Assembly (NCBI GenBank): GCA_964616855.1
Contig: CAZTUJ010000001.1
Span: 524,784-588,783, forward strand
Direction: 5' to 3'
DNA length: 64,000 nucleotides
Source of the DNA: an uncultured Gammaproteobacteria bacterium
GTDB lineage: Bacteria; Patescibacteriota; Patescibacteriia; Patescibacteriales; UBA12465
Shown here: piece after piece, positions 60,838 to 64,000 of the stretch
Layout of the letters: every line of letters starts with the position of its first letter
Numbering within the stretch: the first letter of the stretch is position 1
The notes under the pieces: generated by a model
What the model was told of the DNA's origin: nothing
The model's input: only the letters and a program-made list of their open reading frames with translations
Database searches by the model: none
Position numbers and translations under genes: made by a program

Positions 60838-61719
60838 CTATTTTTGACAATGTTGGCAATAATGGGTGCCTCTGCCCGCCACTTTCATTTTCTGTAAAGG
60901 CTGGCCGCACCGAGGGCAGGCCTGCCCGTGACGCTGATAAACCTGCAAATAATCAACAAAATTACCTTTCTTGCCCTGACCATCCACAAAATTACGGAAA
61001 GTCGTACCCCGCGCCTTGATAGCGCGCTTAATCACATCGACAATAGCACTGTGTAGGGCTTTAATCGCCGCTAGCTTCAAATCTCGAGCTAATCGCCGCG
61101 GGTCAATGCCGGCCATAAACAAGGCTTCATCGGCATAGATATTACCCAAGCCAGCAATTAGTTTCTGATTCAAAATTACGGCCTTCACCGGGGCTGAGCG
61201 CTTAGTAAAAATATGCTGCAGCCAAGCCGGACTAAATTCTTTGTCCATTGGCTCCGGTCCGTAGTTGTTGGTGAGAATGCGCGCTAATTCTTCCCCGGAA
61301 CAAAGTTTGATATAACCAAACTTACGCATATCATTAAAGAACAAAGAAGCACCGTTATCAAAGGTAAAATAAGCCCGGGTAAACTTATTCGGCAATTCTC
61401 CGCCCACCGAAGCAGCAAAAGACTGATTAGAAAGACTATGTCCACCGGCCACGGCGGTCTGGCCGCTACTAAAAATCAATTGACCAGTCATCTTTAAATG
61501 GAAAAGCAGGTGCTGACCAGACTGATCTAAATCTAAAATTAAAAGCTTGCCCCTTCTCCTGACCGCAATAATTGCCCTGCCCTTTAAAGCCTTAGCTAAA
61601 AAAGCCGCTCCCGGAGCGACATTCTTGAAGTCAATAATTTTAAGGCTGAGGAAACGAGCACCGACTAGATATTTACTCAAATCCCGGCGGACCGTCTCCA
61701 CTTCCGGTAATTCTGGCAT
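60838..61719 (-). CDS. mutM: Formamidopyrimidine-DNA glycosylase (Fpg/MutM)
   Basis: 293 aa. N-terminal MPELPEVE catalytic motif, H2TH region and a C-terminal zinc finger (CPRCG...YCQHCQ). Confidence 0.95.
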   Translation of the reverse strand: MPELPEVETVRRDLSKYLVGARFLSLKIIDFKNVAPGAAFLAKALKGRAIIAVRRRGKLLILDLDQSGQHLLFHLKMTGQLIFSSGQTAVAGGHSLSNQSFAASVGGELPNKFTRAYFTFDNGASLFFNDMRKFGYIKLCSGEELARILTNNYGPEPMDKEFSPAWLQHIFTKRSAPVKAVILNQKLIAGLGNIYADEALFMAGIDPRRLARDLKLAAIKALHSAIVDVIKRAIKARGTTFRNFVDGQGKKGNFVDYLQVYQRHGQACPRCGQPLQKMKVAGRGTHYCQHCQK

Positions 61720-61720
61720 A

Positions 61721-61825
61721 TTAGAGAATGGCCACTAGCATGATGATTATTACCAAAGACGCGAGTTCAATGGCAAATATTTTCGTCAGGCTCCAGCCAA
61801 TTTTATCAGGGTCAATTAAAGGCAT
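61721..61825 (-). CDS. Possible 34-aa hydrophobic peptide immediately upstream of mutM
   Basis: My translation: MPLIDPDKIGWSLTKIFAIELASLVIIIMLVAIL. Its stop, TAA, is 1 nt before the mutM ATG. No Shine-Dalgarno and no homology evidence. Confidence 0.2.
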   Translation of the reverse strand: MPLIDPDKIGWSLTKIFAIELASLVIIIMLVAIL

Positions 61826-61852
61826 ATGCAGATATTGTAGCAAGAAAAAAGA

Positions 61853-61882
61853 GAAAAATAAAGCTCCCGCTAAAGGGAGCTT
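61853..61882 (-). terminator. Terminator of the 61913..62686 gene
   Basis: Minus strand: AAGCUCCC-UUUAGC-GGGAGCUU followed by UAUUUUUCU. Confidence 0.65.
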
Positions 61883-61912
61883 TAATAAAAAACAGGGGGA
61901 AGGAAAAGAATT

Positions 61913-62686
61913 TTAGGGCAGGAGATTGGAGACCGGACAATTATTTTCAGTAGCGGTGCCCATCAAGCAAGGAGAAGCGGACTGAGAAGCCGCCGGTGCG
62001 CCTAGACAAGGAGATTTGACGGAAGCATTCAGCGCGCAAGGAGAAAAGGAGGCGGGAGTGGCTGCAGCTTTACCTTTAAGGAAGAAGGCGCCGGTGACTG
62101 TTAGCCAAATGATAAAAATCACAAAAGCTAAGGCAATGATAATCTGGACAGCACTAATATTTTGAATCTCTTCTTTCTTCAAAACTTCACAGACACCACC
62201 TGGGCAAAGCTGCGCCTTTTCTTTATTAAAAAGATTATAGATTTTACAGCCGACACAAATACCGAAGGCGCTTTCGAAAAATAAAAGAAAAAGACAAATT
62301 AAACAAACTAAACAAGTTAAAGCTCCCGATAAACCGCTAACCACGGTCGTAAAAAACATAAAGAGGGCCAAAATTAATCCCAAAATCCAAGCAAAACGTT
62401 TCTGCGGAGCACCAACATATTCCGGCTTTTGCTTAGACACCGCCATCCGCCCTAAAATTAAACTCGGGGCATATTTAGGGTTGATAAAAATCCGGACGAT
62501 AAAATCAAGGACAAAGGCAATAATGAAAAGCTTAATCACATAAAAATTACCTATTAACAAAACATTCATTAAGGAAATCATGGCAAAGAAAAACAAGATA
62601 CCGGCTCCGGCTCGTAATTCCCTTTCATTGAGAACTCGCACGGAAAACTCGGCTTTCTGCTCACCAAAGTAAAAGATATTTTTCAT
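61913..62686 (-). CDS. Polytopic membrane protein (DUF4395-like) with a Cys/Ala/Ser-rich tail
   Basis: 257 aa. The N-terminal NERELRAGAG... segment, 4-5 TM helices and the CVGCKIYN motif resemble DUF4395. The C-terminal 50 aa have repeated SPC/ASPC motifs. Confidence 0.5.
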   Translation of the reverse strand: MKNIFYFGEQKAEFSVRVLNERELRAGAGILFFFAMISLMNVLLIGNFYVIKLFIIAFVLDFIVRIFINPKYAPSLILGRMAVSKQKPEYVGAPQKRFAWILGLILALFMFFTTVVSGLSGALTCLVCLICLFLLFFESAFGICVGCKIYNLFNKEKAQLCPGGVCEVLKKEEIQNISAVQIIIALAFVIFIIWLTVTGAFFLKGKAAATPASFSPCALNASVKSPCLGAPAASQSASPCLMGTATENNCPVSNLLP

Positions 62687-62774
62687 AAAAATTATTAGTT
62701 AATAAGAGTCATTATATAATAATTACCTCAAAACTCAAAGCTCTAAAAAATCCTTCTAAAAAGAAGGATTTTAA

Positions 62775-62860
62775 TGGTGGGCCGGGAAGGATTCGAACCT
62801 TCGAAGGCGTGAGCCAACAGATTTACAGTCTGTCCCGTTTGACCGCTTCGGTACCGACCC
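62775..62860 (-). tRNA. tRNA-Tyr (anticodon GTA), long variable arm, CCA encoded
   Basis: Minus strand: GGGTCGG...ACAGA-CTGTAAA-TCTGT...GAAGG-TTCGAAT-CCTTC-CCGGCCC-ACCA. Confidence 0.9.
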
Positions 62861-62895
62861 CTTTAAAACAAAGCGCCTGAGTCCAGGCTGTTTTC

Positions 62896-62923
62896 ATTAT
62901 ATAAAATTTTCAATAATTGTCAA
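62896..62923 (-). promoter_or_regulatory. tRNA-Tyr promoter
   Basis: Minus strand: TTGACA (62923..62918), 16-nt spacer, TATAAT (62901..62896), about 35 nt upstream of the tRNA 5' end. Confidence 0.6.
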
Positions 62924-62957
62924 ACAAAACCGCGTGAAGCCAGATAGCGCCACGCGG
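62922..62957 (-). terminator. Terminator of the pilin-like gene
   Basis: Minus strand: CCGCGUG-14 nt-CACGCGG followed by UUUUGUUUG. Confidence 0.6.
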
Positions 62958-62979
62958 CTGGAAAAATAGAAGATTTTAG

Positions 62980-63363
62980 CTAAGCGCCGACGCCTTGAAT
63001 GACGAAACGAATGATACCGTAGGCGGAAAAGATGATAACCAGACCGATAGCCGCCCAAATCAAGATGTCCTTACCTTTCTTAACCTGATCAGAGGAACCG
63101 GAAGAGGTCATCCAAATCAAACCGCCATAGACAAACATTACTAAAGCCAGTGAACCAACCACCCCTAAGATGCTATTAATCACCCGGCCGATTAAGAGCT
63201 GAGGACTGTCAACATTAAGAGGATTGGTGATGTTGATGGGTTCCGTGCCATTAACGGCATTACCCTGATTACCGCCGCCATTAACGGCGTTACCGGACTG
63301 GGCCAAGGCAACACTAAAGCTAAACAAGAATGCCAAAAAAGCAAAGGCTAGAATTTTTTTCAT
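62980..63363 (-). CDS. TrbC/VirB2-like type IV secretion pilin-family protein
   Basis: 127 aa. Signal peptide, a G/N-rich repeat (GNAVNGGGNQGNAVNG), then two TM helices flanking ...GGLIWMTSSGSSDQVKKGKDILIWAAIGLVI..., the pattern of small T4SS pilin-like proteins common in CPR and Firmicutes. Confidence 0.55.
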   Translation of the reverse strand: MKKILAFAFLAFLFSFSVALAQSGNAVNGGGNQGNAVNGTEPINITNPLNVDSPQLLIGRVINSILGVVGSLALVMFVYGGLIWMTSSGSSDQVKKGKDILIWAAIGLVIIFSAYGIIRFVIQGVGA

Positions 63364-63409
63364 AGAAATAAAAGAAATTATATTTACATTATAGCAATTT
63401 TTAGGAAAA

Positions 63410-63445
63410 TAAAAAAGAGGCTTACTTGAGCAAGCCTCTTTTTTA
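63410..63445 (-). terminator. Terminator of the 63459.. gene (bidirectional hairpin)
   Basis: AAAAAAGAGGCUU-8 nt-AAGCCUCUUUUUU. Confidence 0.7.
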
Positions 63446-63458
63446 AAAGATCAAACTA

Positions 63459-63995
63459 TCATCGTACTGTCACCCGTACCAATTGGTTTGGTTTGGTGGC
63501 GACAATATTCATCGCAGGGTGTTCTACATCCGGTAAGACACCGGTAGCACTGCCATGGAAAGGTTTGGAATTACCGAAAAGATAAATATCATATCCATAA
63601 TTCCCAGAAGATATCTGGTATGGATAAGTACGACCTTCGGGAAACTGGAAAAATCCGGTTTCATCACCAATGTTTTCCAAGAGGAAAGTGTGGGTACCGA
63701 CGCCCAGGGTAGGGATGTCAGCAACGTTCTGAAGTTCTGATGATTTCTCATCATCTGGTTTATTACTCTCATACTTTGTGTATCCACTCAACATGAAGTA
63801 GACAAACAAAGCGAGAATAAACAGAACTACGGCAGCAGGGATACCCTTATGCTTTGATTTGGTCGCAGCGGAAAACCCCCAGAGAAATAATAACGATATT
63901 ACCAGGGCCCAAATTTCTTTGGCCCACCATGCAATACCGTCAGGAATAACGCTCCTGATAACAAGATAGACCACTAAAGCGATTACCATAGCCAC
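63459..63995 (-). CDS. Hypothetical membrane protein (5' end may lie beyond the window)
   Basis: 178-aa ORF with a non-ATG start. The frame is still open at the window edge. Three TM helices followed by a beta-rich soluble domain. No family recognised. Confidence 0.45.
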   Translation of the reverse strand: MAMVIALVVYLVIRSVIPDGIAWWAKEIWALVISLLFLWGFSAATKSKHKGIPAAVVLFILALFVYFMLSGYTKYESNKPDDEKSSELQNVADIPTLGVGTHTFLLENIGDETGFFQFPEGRTYPYQISSGNYGYDIYLFGNSKPFHGSATGVLPDVEHPAMNIVATKPNQLVRVTVR

Positions 63996-64000
63996 GAGAG

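Noticed and set aside
1-64000. I looked for CRISPR arrays, transposases, integrases, phage genes, rRNA genes and stop-codon reassignment (UGA recoding as in some CPR lineages).
   Set aside because: No ORF-free repeat-spacer region exists; the only large gap, 45651..46080, has no direct repeats. No mobile-element protein motifs were seen next to the four tRNA genes. All conserved genes are intact under the standard code, and TGA is used as a genuine stop (e.g. 16450..16452, 63459..63461).

Overview
This is a gene-dense 64-kb chromosomal segment with about 60 protein genes and 4 tRNAs. I found no rRNA, no CRISPR array and no recognisable transposase, integrase or phage gene. About 90% of genes are on the minus strand, and many are separated by 1-20 nt or overlap, so they probably form long polycistronic units.

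Recognisable content:
- The start of a dcw cluster (mraZ-rsmH-ftsL-like-PBP).
- Translation genes: cysS, hisS, dus, a short tsaB, rpmG, greA, an ABC-F ATPase, a DEAD-box helicase, and tRNA-Val/Leu/Trp/Tyr.
- A complete Rrf2-sufCBDSU operon.
- A MacAB-like ABC efflux operon with an unusually long adaptor.
- An ECF sigma module, ADP-forming acetyl-CoA synthetase, rubrerythrin plus desulforedoxin, mutM, rnhB and rarA.
- Many small hypothetical membrane or secreted proteins.

Several features point to a small-genome CPR/Patescibacteria-type bacterium: a CxxC-x17-CxxC zinc-ribbon protein, a T4SS-pilin-like protein, a Gmad2 protein, a half-size TsaB, isolated PurM/PurN-like genes, and generally weak Shine-Dalgarno use. 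That assignment is inference, not a database result. The standard genetic code fits.

Items most worth follow-up:
1. An orphan ~275-nt highly structured RNA unit (45719-46030, minus strand) with a perfect TTGACA-17-TATAAT promoter and a strong intrinsic terminator. It lies in the only large ORF-free gap, just upstream of the Rrf2-suf operon, and I could not assign it to any RNA family by eye.
2. A fusion of a 10-TM EamA/DMT permease to a riboflavin kinase domain.
3. A tandem duplication (promoter, gene and terminator) of PurN-like formyltransferases in which the second copy has lost the catalytic residues.
4. A second orphan promoter-terminator unit of about 100 nt (7331-7468, plus strand).

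All coordinates come from hand counting, and RNA ends are approximate.
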